Counted from the first letter of the stretch, positions 35,977 through 44,952 are shown. The stretch is DNA of 45,985 nucleotides from a virus (IMGVR_UViG_3300017747_003894:1-45985); one strand, 5' to 3'. The notes: generated by a model not told the origin, from the letters alone. Numbers and translations are program-made.

Positions 35977-38900
35977 TGCCTCTCTACGCCCCGCTCCTGA
36001 CCAAGCCGCGCGAGAAGAAGCGCCAGCCGACGCCTGAAGAACTGGGCTTCCTCGACGAGGCCCCGCAGCCTGAACCTGCGCCGGAAGCCAAGCGCCAGCC
36101 GACGCCCGAGGAACTCGGGTTCGGTGACGCGCCTGAGATGCCGGAAGGTCCGGTCACGCAGCCGTCGCCTGAAGACCTCGGCCTTGCCAAGAAGCCGATG
36201 GGAGCGCCGCCGCCGGCCGATGACTCGTGGGAGTCGTGGTGGAACTGGGCGCGGGAGCGGGTCGAGCCTGCTGCAGAGGATGCCGTGAACGACGCGGGCG
36301 AAGCGGCTGATTGGCTGTGGGACAACATCAAGACTTACGCAGGCTACGAGCAGCCAAAGCAGTCAGGCTTCGAGCAGGACACCAGCCGTCGCGTGCCGCA
36401 TCCGAACATGGGTGAAGACACTGGGATGGTGGATTGGGCCATTGATCAGGTCGTTCCCGATTTTCTCTACGACTTCGTCACGTCAAAGCGCACGCAGAAG
36501 AACCTCGAGATCGGCTTTGACATGTCGCAGTACGCTTTCGGCGACGCGCTGAAGGGCGGCACCTATGTGATGAAGAAGGCCGATGAAGGCCTGCGCGCAA
36601 TCGGCATCAACCTCGACTACTGGGATCGCTCGGAAGAAGAGCGCGAGCAGACATGGGCTGACACGATCAAGAACCTGGACGACATCCAGAAATCCTACGG
36701 AGCCGACCTGCAGAAGGGTTCCCAGGAATTCCAGCAGGACTTCGGCGACCGCGAACTTGGTGACGCGCTGGTGCAGGTCGTGCCATCGCTGCCGACGATG
36801 CTCGCCGAGTACGGGCTGGCTGGCGCCGTGTTTGGACCGGTCGCGGGCTTTGCGTTCGTGGACGGCATGACGAAGGCGGGCGGTGGTGGAACGCCGGATG
36901 AAGTTCTGTTTGCAGCAGCCAAGGGCGCGACCCTCGGCAAGTTGCTGGAGTGGGCTAACGTGCTGTCGCGTCCGCTGCGCATTGTGCCACTGGGCGCCGC
37001 TGGCGCTGGTCTTGCCTACAGCGAAGGCGCCGACACGGTTGACGTGATGGCGAACGCAATCGTGTTCCCTGTCCTCGGCATCCTGCCAAAGGGCGGGCCG
37101 GTGGGTGTGCGCTACCTGCGCGAGAACGGCGTCATGGCCGACCTGCGTGACATCGGTGGCCACGTGCGCGACCTGTTCATCGGCGGCAACCAGCCAATGG
37201 CCAAGCGCGATTTCGAGACGGCCGGCTGGGCACTGAAGCAGGTCCGCGCGAAGCACAACGTCGAACAGACGACCGAGATGCAGATGTGGCAGGACGAACT
37301 TGCCGCCGCACGCAAGCCGCAGCAGGGCGACACCGAAACTTCGGTGCCGGATCGCGTTGCCGAAGCGAACTCCCGCCACGAACAGCGTCTCGAGGAGCAG
37401 ACGAAGAAGCAGTTCGAAGAGGAACTCCCGTTCCGCCAGGCGCACGATCACGCCGACCGACGCTACCGCCGTTCGCAGCATCCCATCCGCGTGACGTGGC
37501 GTGAGGCACCGTACATGCGGTCGCTGCACATGTACGAGCGCGACGTGGTGACGACAAACCTGCAGACGGCGAATGCGCTCCAGCAGATTTACGAGCAGAA
37601 CTCCCAGCGGGCGATTGACGGCAAGGCCCGCGCGGACGAACTGCGCCGGCAGGCCGAGGCCGAGCCGGATGAAGTCGTGCGCCGCCGCATGAACCAGCAG
37701 GCGGACATGATCGAGAACGAGACGTTCCGCATCACGTTCGAGCGCCGCGTCAACGCCGAGGACGCCGCCGAGTTCGCGCTCGAGATGGCCGAGATGCGGG
37801 CCGCGAATGCGCGCTACGAGATGGTGCGCATGATCGAGGGACACAACAAGGTCGAAGGGCGCCGCGCCATGCAGATGGCGACCGAGCGCGACCTGTCGGA
37901 TGCCTACCGGGCCGGCGTGCGCAAGATCGCGCGTGGCAACCGGCGCGCACGTGAGTTGCTGGAGACGGGTGACAAGGTCGTCAACCAGGCACAGGCGCGC
38001 CTGAAGCGCGACGGGATCACGGAAGATAACCCTGAGACGCAGCGAGTCTGGCAGGAGCGGATGGAGGAACTTGAAGCCATCCGCGAGAACTACCGCGGCA
38101 TGGCGGCACTGTCCCTGTGGGAGAACCAGAGCGCGGCCGACATGCGGATCTCGTTTGCGCACTCCGCGTGGGAGATGGCGCACAACCCGCAGCAGAAGCC
38201 TGGAACACTGGGCCGCGTGCTGGAGATCCTCGGCCTGCGCAAGCCGCGCGGCAATGAGGAGGTCGACCTCGAGCAGCATGGCCTCGAGCGGTTCAGGCCG
38301 AAGCGCGAGACATCGCCGGAAGACGCAAAGAAGGATGGACCGGACGGGTGGGACGCGCCGCCAAAGCCGGACCCGGTCGCGCCGGGCAAGAATTTCGAGC
38401 AGCGTTACAAGGCGCTGATGGAGCATTCGCAGAAGGACCCGAAGCTGGGCAAGATCCAGGACCAGGTGGACCACGCGCTTGCGTTGGTTACCCGGCCTGA
38501 AGACGTGCTGCCCATGATCAACTTCGTGGCCAGCAAGAACAACTACGACCCGCCGTCACGCCGTGGCATCCAGACCGCGAAGCTGCGCAGGCAGGCGGCC
38601 GAGAAACTGGGCATGACTTCGGAGGAGTTCATCAACTCGCCCTATGGCAAGGCGTTCAACGACTTCGAACTTGAAGCCATCATCATGATCCTGGACCGGC
38701 AGTGGGCGCGCACGCAGCATGCCTACAAGCTGTGGCGCCAGACGGGTTCGCAGAATGCGTTCATGGCCTACCAGGCTGAACTCTATCGGTTCATGATGAT
38801 CTGGGAGCGCCTGCGCGGTGCGGCGGCAGAGTCGGGCCGTTCGCTACGCATGTTCCGGGACATCAAGGGCAAGTACGGCAGCGCGACGCGACCGCTGTCC

Positions 38901-41345
38901 GACCTTGAGTACAAGATGGTCATGTCGGGCGACGGCGTCGCGGCCATGAAGATGATGGCCGGCTACAAGAAGAGCGGCTTCATGGGCATGCTCATGGAGT
39001 ACTACATCAACAACCTGCTGTCTGGCCCGCAGACGGCGATGGTGAACATCTATTCCGGCGCATCGATGCTGCTGATCGAGTCGATCCTGAAGCCGGGCAT
39101 TGCGGCGACTGTCGGCCTGACGCGCTATGCGTTCCACCAGCTGATCGGCAAGTATCTCGCTGCACCCTTCCGGGCCATGTACCGGGGGTACATCCGCACG
39201 TTCGGGTCCGAGGTTGCCAACCGGAAACTCGACATCAGGATCGAGAACGAGAAGTACTACCCCGGCGGCTCCGATGTGGCGAACTCCCACGCCCATCGCG
39301 TGCGCCTGGGCGAAGTTGGCGCGCGCATCCGTGGCATGCTCGAGGGCATCGTTCCTGCGACGGTGCAGTTCTTCCGCACGCTGTTCCTCGGGGAGAAGTT
39401 CCTGGGTGAGACGAACTGGGCGGCGGGCTATGGCGAACACATTCCGTGGTGGCTGGCCGGTCCCATCGTCCGCGTCCCCGGCAAGATCCTCGGTGCGATC
39501 GACGACTTCTTCAAGGTGCTGATGTACCGCTCGTCCATCCGCGGGCACGCCTATCGTCTCGCGATGGCCGAGTACAACTATTCATCGCAGCAGTGGAAAG
39601 ACCTGCGCGGTCGCCGTGCGCGCTACAACGAACTCGCCAAGAACCCGCAGGGCTATGTCGAGGGCATGGCGCGCAACGAGGCGCTGCGCGTCACGTTCCA
39701 GCAGACACCGGACCCGCTGTGGGGTGGCATCCCCGAGACGATTGCCTCGACCCCGATGCTGCGCATCCTGGTGCCGTTCACGAAGACGCTGCTGAACTCG
39801 CTTGAGTGGGTGATGTCGGGCACGCCGATGGGTGCGTTCGTGTTCCGCAGTTCGCGCGAGGCCCTGCTCGGGCGGCGCGGGCGTGCGGCGCAGGACTTGG
39901 CAATCGCGCACGTGATCCTTGTGACCGGGGCGTCGACAGCCGTGTTCATGTGGGCGCTCGGCGACGACAACGTCATGCCGCCGTACCCGAAGGACGAGAA
40001 GGGCAAGGTCATCGCCGGCGTCAACACCACACCGCCGCTGTCAATACGCATTCCGGGGACGGACGAGTACATCCAGTTGAACCGTGTGGACCCGATGGGT
40101 GCCATCATCTCGCTCGGCTCGGCGGCAGCGAACGCCTACAAGATGTCGATGCAGCGCGGTGACACGAAGAAAGCGCAGCAGGCGTGGGACATCTTCCTCG
40201 CGTCGATGTTCTCGATGGTCGCCGACCGCTCGGGCTTCCGCGGCTTGCTGGACTTCCTCACGGCGGCGCAGGGCGGTACGGCCGGCAACCAGCCGGATGC
40301 GTGGTCGAAGTGGGCTGAGAAACTGGGCGGGACGCTGGCGGTGCCGAACGTGTTCGCCTCATGGGCACGCACGCGCGACCCTGTCATCCGGCGGGCAGAA
40401 GGCCTGATCGAACAGATCATGGCCCGCGTGCCTGGCGAGCGTGAAAAACTGCCGGCGGTGCGTAACCTGTGGGGGGACCAGGTCATCGGGTACGATTCCT
40501 ACGGCTCAAACGACTTCCTCGACTACACGCAGCCGATTTACTGGGGCAAGCGCGCGTCGGATCCGGCGACGAAGATGATGCTGGACATGCACAAGATCTA
40601 TGGCTGGGCGCCGGGCTTCCTTGACCGCTCGATCGCGGGGCGCGAACTGACGCCCGAGGAGTACGACTACTATCAGGTGCAGCGTGGCAAGTACGCCTAT
40701 CCTGAAATCCGCAAGATTGCCGAGTCGCCTGAGTACCAGGAGATCATCAAGCTGCGCGAGGACATCAAGGCCAAGCGCGACGAGATGGAGAGGATGGAAA
40801 GGTCGGCGAACTTCTCCGTCGAGACACGCCAGCGATACCGCCAGCTGAAGCGTGAACTGAAGGGCATGCAGGAGCGGCTGCAGAAGCAGTCGTACAAGGT
40901 GCTGCAGCAGGCCAAGGACGTGTTCCGCAAGGCCAATTCACAGGCGCGCACTGACACCGCCGGCAACTCGGATCAGTCCCGCCCCGGCATGTTCCCCGAC
41001 ATCTGGAAACGGCCGAAGCGGCGCGACGACTTCTCCAACACGGGTGAGATTCCGGAGTACGACATGTTCGATTGGCTCGATTCGTGGATGCACGCCGACG
41101 GTCCGCAGTCCGAGACACAGGAATGGGAGGCAGAAGAGGTGAAGGCTTCCGAGGAATACGACGGCAACCCCTACACCGGCGGCGACCCTGTGAGTAACCG
41201 GGCGCGCGCGCAGCACCAGCGGTGGCAGGAAGCGAACCGTAAGTGGATCGAGGACACGCGCCGCATCCAGGCCGTCAACGCCGACCGCATGAAGCGTGGT
41301 CAGGCACCCCTGCCGCTGCCGCCGAAACCCGAGCCTGTGCAGTAA
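35976..41345 (+). CDS. Large internal virion/DNA-ejection protein (1789 aa)
   Basis: Size and position before the lysis genes; NNLLSGP.T..VNI, DDFFK, PF.KT..N motifs of large podoviral ejection proteins. Confidence 0.7.
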   Translation: MPLYAPLLTKPREKKRQPTPEELGFLDEAPQPEPAPEAKRQPTPEELGFGDAPEMPEGPVTQPSPEDLGLAKKPMGAPPPADDSWESWWNWARERVEPAAEDAVNDAGEAADWLWDNIKTYAGYEQPKQSGFEQDTSRRVPHPNMGEDTGMVDWAIDQVVPDFLYDFVTSKRTQKNLEIGFDMSQYAFGDALKGGTYVMKKADEGLRAIGINLDYWDRSEEEREQTWADTIKNLDDIQKSYGADLQKGSQEFQQDFGDRELGDALVQVVPSLPTMLAEYGLAGAVFGPVAGFAFVDGMTKAGGGGTPDEVLFAAAKGATLGKLLEWANVLSRPLRIVPLGAAGAGLAYSEGADTVDVMANAIVFPVLGILPKGGPVGVRYLRENGVMADLRDIGGHVRDLFIGGNQPMAKRDFETAGWALKQVRAKHNVEQTTEMQMWQDELAAARKPQQGDTETSVPDRVAEANSRHEQRLEEQTKKQFEEELPFRQAHDHADRRYRRSQHPIRVTWREAPYMRSLHMYERDVVTTNLQTANALQQIYEQNSQRAIDGKARADELRRQAEAEPDEVVRRRMNQQADMIENETFRITFERRVNAEDAAEFALEMAEMRAANARYEMVRMIEGHNKVEGRRAMQMATERDLSDAYRAGVRKIARGNRRARELLETGDKVVNQAQARLKRDGITEDNPETQRVWQERMEELEAIRENYRGMAALSLWENQSAADMRISFAHSAWEMAHNPQQKPGTLGRVLEILGLRKPRGNEEVDLEQHGLERFRPKRETSPEDAKKDGPDGWDAPPKPDPVAPGKNFEQRYKALMEHSQKDPKLGKIQDQVDHALALVTRPEDVLPMINFVASKNNYDPPSRRGIQTAKLRRQAAEKLGMTSEEFINSPYGKAFNDFELEAIIMILDRQWARTQHAYKLWRQTGSQNAFMAYQAELYRFMMIWERLRGAAAESGRSLRMFRDIKGKYGSATRPLSDLEYKMVMSGDGVAAMKMMAGYKKSGFMGMLMEYYINNLLSGPQTAMVNIYSGASMLLIESILKPGIAATVGLTRYAFHQLIGKYLAAPFRAMYRGYIRTFGSEVANRKLDIRIENEKYYPGGSDVANSHAHRVRLGEVGARIRGMLEGIVPATVQFFRTLFLGEKFLGETNWAAGYGEHIPWWLAGPIVRVPGKILGAIDDFFKVLMYRSSIRGHAYRLAMAEYNYSSQQWKDLRGRRARYNELAKNPQGYVEGMARNEALRVTFQQTPDPLWGGIPETIASTPMLRILVPFTKTLLNSLEWVMSGTPMGAFVFRSSREALLGRRGRAAQDLAIAHVILVTGASTAVFMWALGDDNVMPPYPKDEKGKVIAGVNTTPPLSIRIPGTDEYIQLNRVDPMGAIISLGSAAANAYKMSMQRGDTKKAQQAWDIFLASMFSMVADRSGFRGLLDFLTAAQGGTAGNQPDAWSKWAEKLGGTLAVPNVFASWARTRDPVIRRAEGLIEQIMARVPGEREKLPAVRNLWGDQVIGYDSYGSNDFLDYTQPIYWGKRASDPATKMMLDMHKIYGWAPGFLDRSIAGRELTPEEYDYYQVQRGKYAYPEIRKIAESPEYQEIIKLREDIKAKRDEMERMERSANFSVETRQRYRQLKRELKGMQERLQKQSYKVLQQAKDVFRKANSQARTDTAGNSDQSRPGMFPDIWKRPKRRDDFSNTGEIPEYDMFDWLDSWMHADGPQSETQEWEAEEVKASEEYDGNPYTGGDPVSNRARAQHQRWQEANRKWIEDTRRIQAVNADRMKRGQAPLPLPPKPEPVQ

Positions 41346-41380
41346 TCCAAGGGCGTCCGGAGGGGGCCATAATCCCGTCC

Positions 41381-41881
41381 ATGCAGTGGCCACATCAATC
41401 ACAGGTGAGGTCGTTTTACGGCGACCCGGACCCTGATCGCGATGGCTTCCCGAACCGTACCTGGGAAGACCAGAACCTTGTCCTGTTGACCCCGCCGTAC
41501 CGCATGGTGCTGGCGTGGGATCCGGATGTCCGTGTGCGGAAGATCCGTGTGCACCGCAAATGCGAGGACTCGCTGTTTAGTATCCTGACGAACATCGCGG
41601 CGCACTTTGGCAGCGAGCAGGACATCGAGGCGAACGGGATGCACCTGTTCGGCGGCTGCTACAATTTCCGCACCGTGCGTGGGGGCACATCGCTGTCGAT
41701 GCACTCCTATGCGTGCGCGATCGACCTGGACCCGGTGCGCAACCCGTTGGGCAAGGCCTACAACGAGAAGCAGGGGATGATGCCGATGGCTGTCGTGAAG
41801 ATATTCGAGGCTGAAGGATGGACATGGGGTGGCAAGTGGAAGCGGGCGGACTGCCAGCACTTCCAGGCGGCGAACGTCTGA
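41381..41881 (+). CDS. Endolysin, M15-family Zn peptidase
   Basis: YNFR...SMHSYACAIDL...WGG.W...D..HFQ. Confidence 0.85.
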   Translation: MQWPHQSQVRSFYGDPDPDRDGFPNRTWEDQNLVLLTPPYRMVLAWDPDVRVRKIRVHRKCEDSLFSILTNIAAHFGSEQDIEANGMHLFGGCYNFRTVRGGTSLSMHSYACAIDLDPVRNPLGKAYNEKQGMMPMAVVKIFEAEGWTWGGKWKRADCQHFQAANV

Positions 41882-42255
41882 TGTTGCGCGAGATCGTCGA
41901 GATCGGCGTCGTGCTGGGCCTCGCCATCGGCGGCGTGGCTGTCGCGATCTATAACCATGAGGTGAAGACGCTCACGCCGAACATCGTGCACGTCGTCCCT
42001 GTGCCGGTCGAGACACCGGTGCCACCACCCCCACCGCCGCCGGCGACCGTTGTCGAGGTCGAGGCCGGATCCGCTGAGGTCGTCAGCGAAGAGGGCGAGA
42101 CAGTTCTCCAGAAACCACCACGCAGCCCGCAGGACATCGTGATCCCGCCGCCGCGCTCCATACAGGCCATCGACAAGATCGAAGACCGACTGCTTCACAT
42201 CCAGCAACGCATTGACCGCATCGAGAAGAAAGCCATTGAGGTCGACAGGAAATGA
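41881..42255 (+). CDS. Membrane-anchored Pro-rich/coiled-coil lysis-region protein
   Basis: N-terminal TM segment, poly-Pro run, C-terminal coiled coil. Confidence 0.55.
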   Translation: MLREIVEIGVVLGLAIGGVAVAIYNHEVKTLTPNIVHVVPVPVETPVPPPPPPPATVVEVEAGSAEVVSEEGETVLQKPPRSPQDIVIPPPRSIQAIDKIEDRLLHIQQRIDRIEKKAIEVDRK

Positions 42256-42479
42256 ACTGGAACAACATCGTAGGCCCGGCGACCTTTGTGTACCTGCTGT
42301 CGATCACCGTCGGCGGCGTGTGGTGGGCGAGTGACCTGTCGGCCCGGATGATGTCGCAGGAGCGCGTGCAGCGTGAGGCGGCGGATACGGCAGGCCGGCT
42401 GGTCCGCCTGGAGACGCTGGTCGGGCGGATCGATGACCAGCTGGGACGCATCGAGAGGAAGCTGGATGACAGACGCTGA
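42252..42479 (+). CDS. Membrane + coiled-coil protein (holin/XhlA-like)
   Basis: TM segment, then RLVRLET...LGRIERKLD. Confidence 0.55.
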   Translation: MNWNNIVGPATFVYLLSITVGGVWWASDLSARMMSQERVQREAADTAGRLVRLETLVGRIDDQLGRIERKLDDRR

Positions 42480-42732
42480 GGACAAGGAAGCGGGCATCAC
42501 CATCTTGCACTACGGCATGTTGGCCGCGGTCGTGGTCAACCTGATCCTGAGTGCGCTGCTGCTGTTCGCGGTGCGCAGCAACCAGAAGATCGCCATCACG
42601 GCGGAAGCCTTCGCGCGCATCGCTGCCGAGGACTGGGTGACGGACGAGGAACTCAAGAAGATGCTCGACCTGCGCGACGAGCGGATTGACGAACTGAACA
42701 AGCGCATCGAGGCAATGGAGCCTGAGTCTTAA
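42466..42732 (+). CDS. Membrane + coiled-coil protein
   Basis: AGGA RBS; TM MLAAVVVNLILSALLLFAV; coiled-coil tail. Confidence 0.55.
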   Translation: MTDAEDKEAGITILHYGMLAAVVVNLILSALLLFAVRSNQKIAITAEAFARIAAEDWVTDEELKKMLDLRDERIDELNKRIEAMEPES

Positions 42733-42748
42733 CCTGAAAGGAAACGAC

Positions 42749-42985
42749 ATGAACATCGGTAGCGGACTGAGTTACCTCATTGGGCTTCTGGACTTTGCGC
42801 CGGGGCTGAAGACGAAACTGGGGGCGGTGGCCGCTTTCGCGCTGGCTGTGATCGCTGCCTGGAACAGCGCCGCCCCGCAGCTGGGTGTGGATTTCGTGAT
42901 CCAGGTGCCCGAGTTTGTCAACGCGGTGGTGCTGGCCCTGCTCGGCGTGGGGGCTGCGAACGCCCAGAAGCGTCTGACCAAATGA
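42749..42985 (+). CDS. Putative holin
   Basis: 78 aa, two TM segments, GLKT motif, basic C-terminus. Confidence 0.6.
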   Translation: MNIGSGLSYLIGLLDFAPGLKTKLGAVAAFALAVIAAWNSAAPQLGVDFVIQVPEFVNAVVLALLGVGAANAQKRLTK

Positions 42986-43362
42986 CCCGCATCATCGCAA
43001 CCCTGTGCATGGTGGTGACCCTCACCGCCTGCACAACGCTGGCCGACAACGATGTCCGGCGCAAGGCCAAGGTGGCTCTGGCCGCATACGAGGCCACGCA
43101 GCAGGCGATGCTGATCTACGGGCATCTACCCCCCTGCGACCCCGTCTCGGGCGTCCTGCGCTTCTGCAGGAACGCTGTGATATGGAGCAAGGTCAAAGCG
43201 GCGGACAAGATCGCGGTGATCGCCATCAACCAGGCGGCACCCGTGCTGCAGGGGGAGGCCATTGACGCCGGCCAGATCATCGGCGCCCTGACCGCCATCG
43301 AGAACGTCAAGAACGTCTTGCGCGAGGCGCAGGAGAACCTGAACAAGGGGAGCCTGACATGA
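42982..43362 (+). CDS. Lipoprotein (possible spanin component)
   Basis: Lipobox LTAC after a hydrophobic signal. Confidence 0.6.
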   Translation: MTRIIATLCMVVTLTACTTLADNDVRRKAKVALAAYEATQQAMLIYGHLPPCDPVSGVLRFCRNAVIWSKVKAADKIAVIAINQAAPVLQGEAIDAGQIIGALTAIENVKNVLREAQENLNKGSLT

Positions 43363-43571
43363 CCGCAGCCTTGCTGGCGACCATCCTGCGCGAACTCCTG
43401 GTCAACCTGCCGACCTACGTGCAGACGGCAAGCGATCTCATCCGGTTCATCGACGGCGCCTACGACACGTTGAGCGATGCGATCGGGGACCGGGAGGTGA
43501 CGCCGGAAGAGATAAAAGAAATCGTCGCGCGCATCACCGCCAACTCGGCTGAGATACAGTCGATCCCCTGA
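43359..43571 (+). CDS. Hypothetical protein, last gene of the lysis cassette
   Basis: 70 aa, ATGA-coupled. Confidence 0.55.
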   Translation: MTAALLATILRELLVNLPTYVQTASDLIRFIDGAYDTLSDAIGDREVTPEEIKEIVARITANSAEIQSIP

Positions 43572-43757
43572 CAGACCACGCTTTGTGGACAGGCTGTCAG
43601 AGGCGTGAATAAGAGGTACACGGTTGGACGTGTGCCTTATTTTTCAATGGGTTAACGCTGACAAATTATCAGAGTTCAGTCTGACACGCATTTGGAATCG
43701 TATAATCAATTCAATGGCTTAGGGTGGGTGTCAGACTATTTGCTGACAGCGTGTCAA
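43568..43757. other. Candidate attP region
   Basis: AT-richer gap at the integrase 3' end with multiple TGACA/TGTCA arm-like motifs and two IHF-like TTCAATGG(G/C)TTA sites. Confidence 0.55.
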
Positions 43758-44851
43758 ACCTTGGTTGCAGACTTGTTCCGGTAGGCTTCCAACTTGATCG
43801 CGCCCTGGCTCGCCACGACCGGATCCCGGTAGCGGTAATTCTCCAGGATCATGATCACGCTCGACAGCTTGTGACCGGTGCGGGTCGCAATCTCTGCCGG
43901 CGTCAGGCCTGCCTGCTCCATGTAGATCACGCAGGAGTGGCGCAGTTCCATTTCCCAGAGGTCGTGGAAGCCACAGGCCTTGGCCACGGCGCGGAACTGG
44001 GGAACGTAGACCTTCGGGTCGACAGCCTGCCCGTTGGCGTCAGCAACCAGCATGAAGCGGTCGGAGGGCAGGGCGTCGAGGGCCTCGCGCGTCTCGCGCA
44101 GGAAGGGGCGGATGGTCACCTCCTGGTCGGTCTTCGACTGCCGGAAGTGGAACACGCCGTCGCGATAGTCCCGCGGCTTCTGCAGGGCGAGGATGTCACC
44201 CTGCCGCTGGCCGAGGTCGAAGTGCAGGAGCGTGCCGAGCGCGACGTGGGGGAGTCCCATCTCGCGGGCCTTGGCGACGATCGTCAGCAGCTGCTCGACG
44301 TTGACCACGCGGATCGGCTTCAGCCGGCGGGCGCGCTTCAGGCCGAGGCGGCGGGCCGGGTTGTCGGCGATCACACCGGTGCGGCGCCCGTACTCCAGCA
44401 CGATGGCCAAGTACGTGGCGACGTGGTCCCGCAGCGACTTGCGGGATTCGAAGCGGGCAAGGAACTCGAGGATCTTCTGCGGCGTGAGGCCGGCGACGGG
44501 CGGGTTGTTCTTCTCGCGCGACCACTTGATCACGTACTTGCTGAGTTGCGTGTACGACCGCTTGGACTTGTCGCGCAGCTGGGCGAAGTACTCGGACTGC
44601 TCGTACTGCTTGATCAGCCACGGCATGGAGCCACGCTGGGCGACGGTGATGATGCCGTTGCGCAGGTAGTTGAGTTCGGCGTTGAGTTCGGCGGCGCGCT
44701 CGAGCATGTCGATGGGGTCATCGGGCAGGCGGATGACGCCGACGGGCCAGGTCTGTGTTTCGGTCTTGACGCGCAGGCGGGCGGGAACCTGCCAGTAGTA
44801 GACAGTCCCTTGCGGGCGTGCGCGCGCGACGACGTAGCGGGGCAGTTGCAT
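43754..44851 (-). CDS. int: Tyrosine recombinase/integrase
   Basis: N-terminal arm-binding YYWQ; catalytic R (GQRQGD), K (QSKT), LRH, GH, Y (ENYRY); GGAGG RBS. Confidence 0.9.
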   Translation of the reverse strand: MQLPRYVVARARPQGTVYYWQVPARLRVKTETQTWPVGVIRLPDDPIDMLERAAELNAELNYLRNGIITVAQRGSMPWLIKQYEQSEYFAQLRDKSKRSYTQLSKYVIKWSREKNNPPVAGLTPQKILEFLARFESRKSLRDHVATYLAIVLEYGRRTGVIADNPARRLGLKRARRLKPIRVVNVEQLLTIVAKAREMGLPHVALGTLLHFDLGQRQGDILALQKPRDYRDGVFHFRQSKTDQEVTIRPFLRETREALDALPSDRFMLVADANGQAVDPKVYVPQFRAVAKACGFHDLWEMELRHSCVIYMEQAGLTPAEIATRTGHKLSSVIMILENYRYRDPVVASQGAIKLEAYRNKSATKV

Positions 44852-44871
44852 GATGGGGTCCTCCAGAGACA

Positions 44872-44906
44872 GTGGGAAATTTATTCCCACTCTTGGAGTC
44901 TGTCAA
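44872..44906 (-). promoter_or_regulatory. Integrase promoter overlapped by a perfect operator
   Basis: TTGACA(44906-44901)-N17-TAAATT(44883-44878); GTGGGA-AATTTAT-TCCCAC at 44872-44890. Confidence 0.75.
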
Positions 44907-44952
44907 CACCCCCACCTTTCAGCCAGGGTAGCGATGGAATAGGGGCGGTCGC

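Noticed and set aside
43572-43753. tRNA gene or dif-like site at the candidate attP
   Set aside because: No cloverleaf or GTTCGA T-loop, and no convincing XerC/XerD arm pair.
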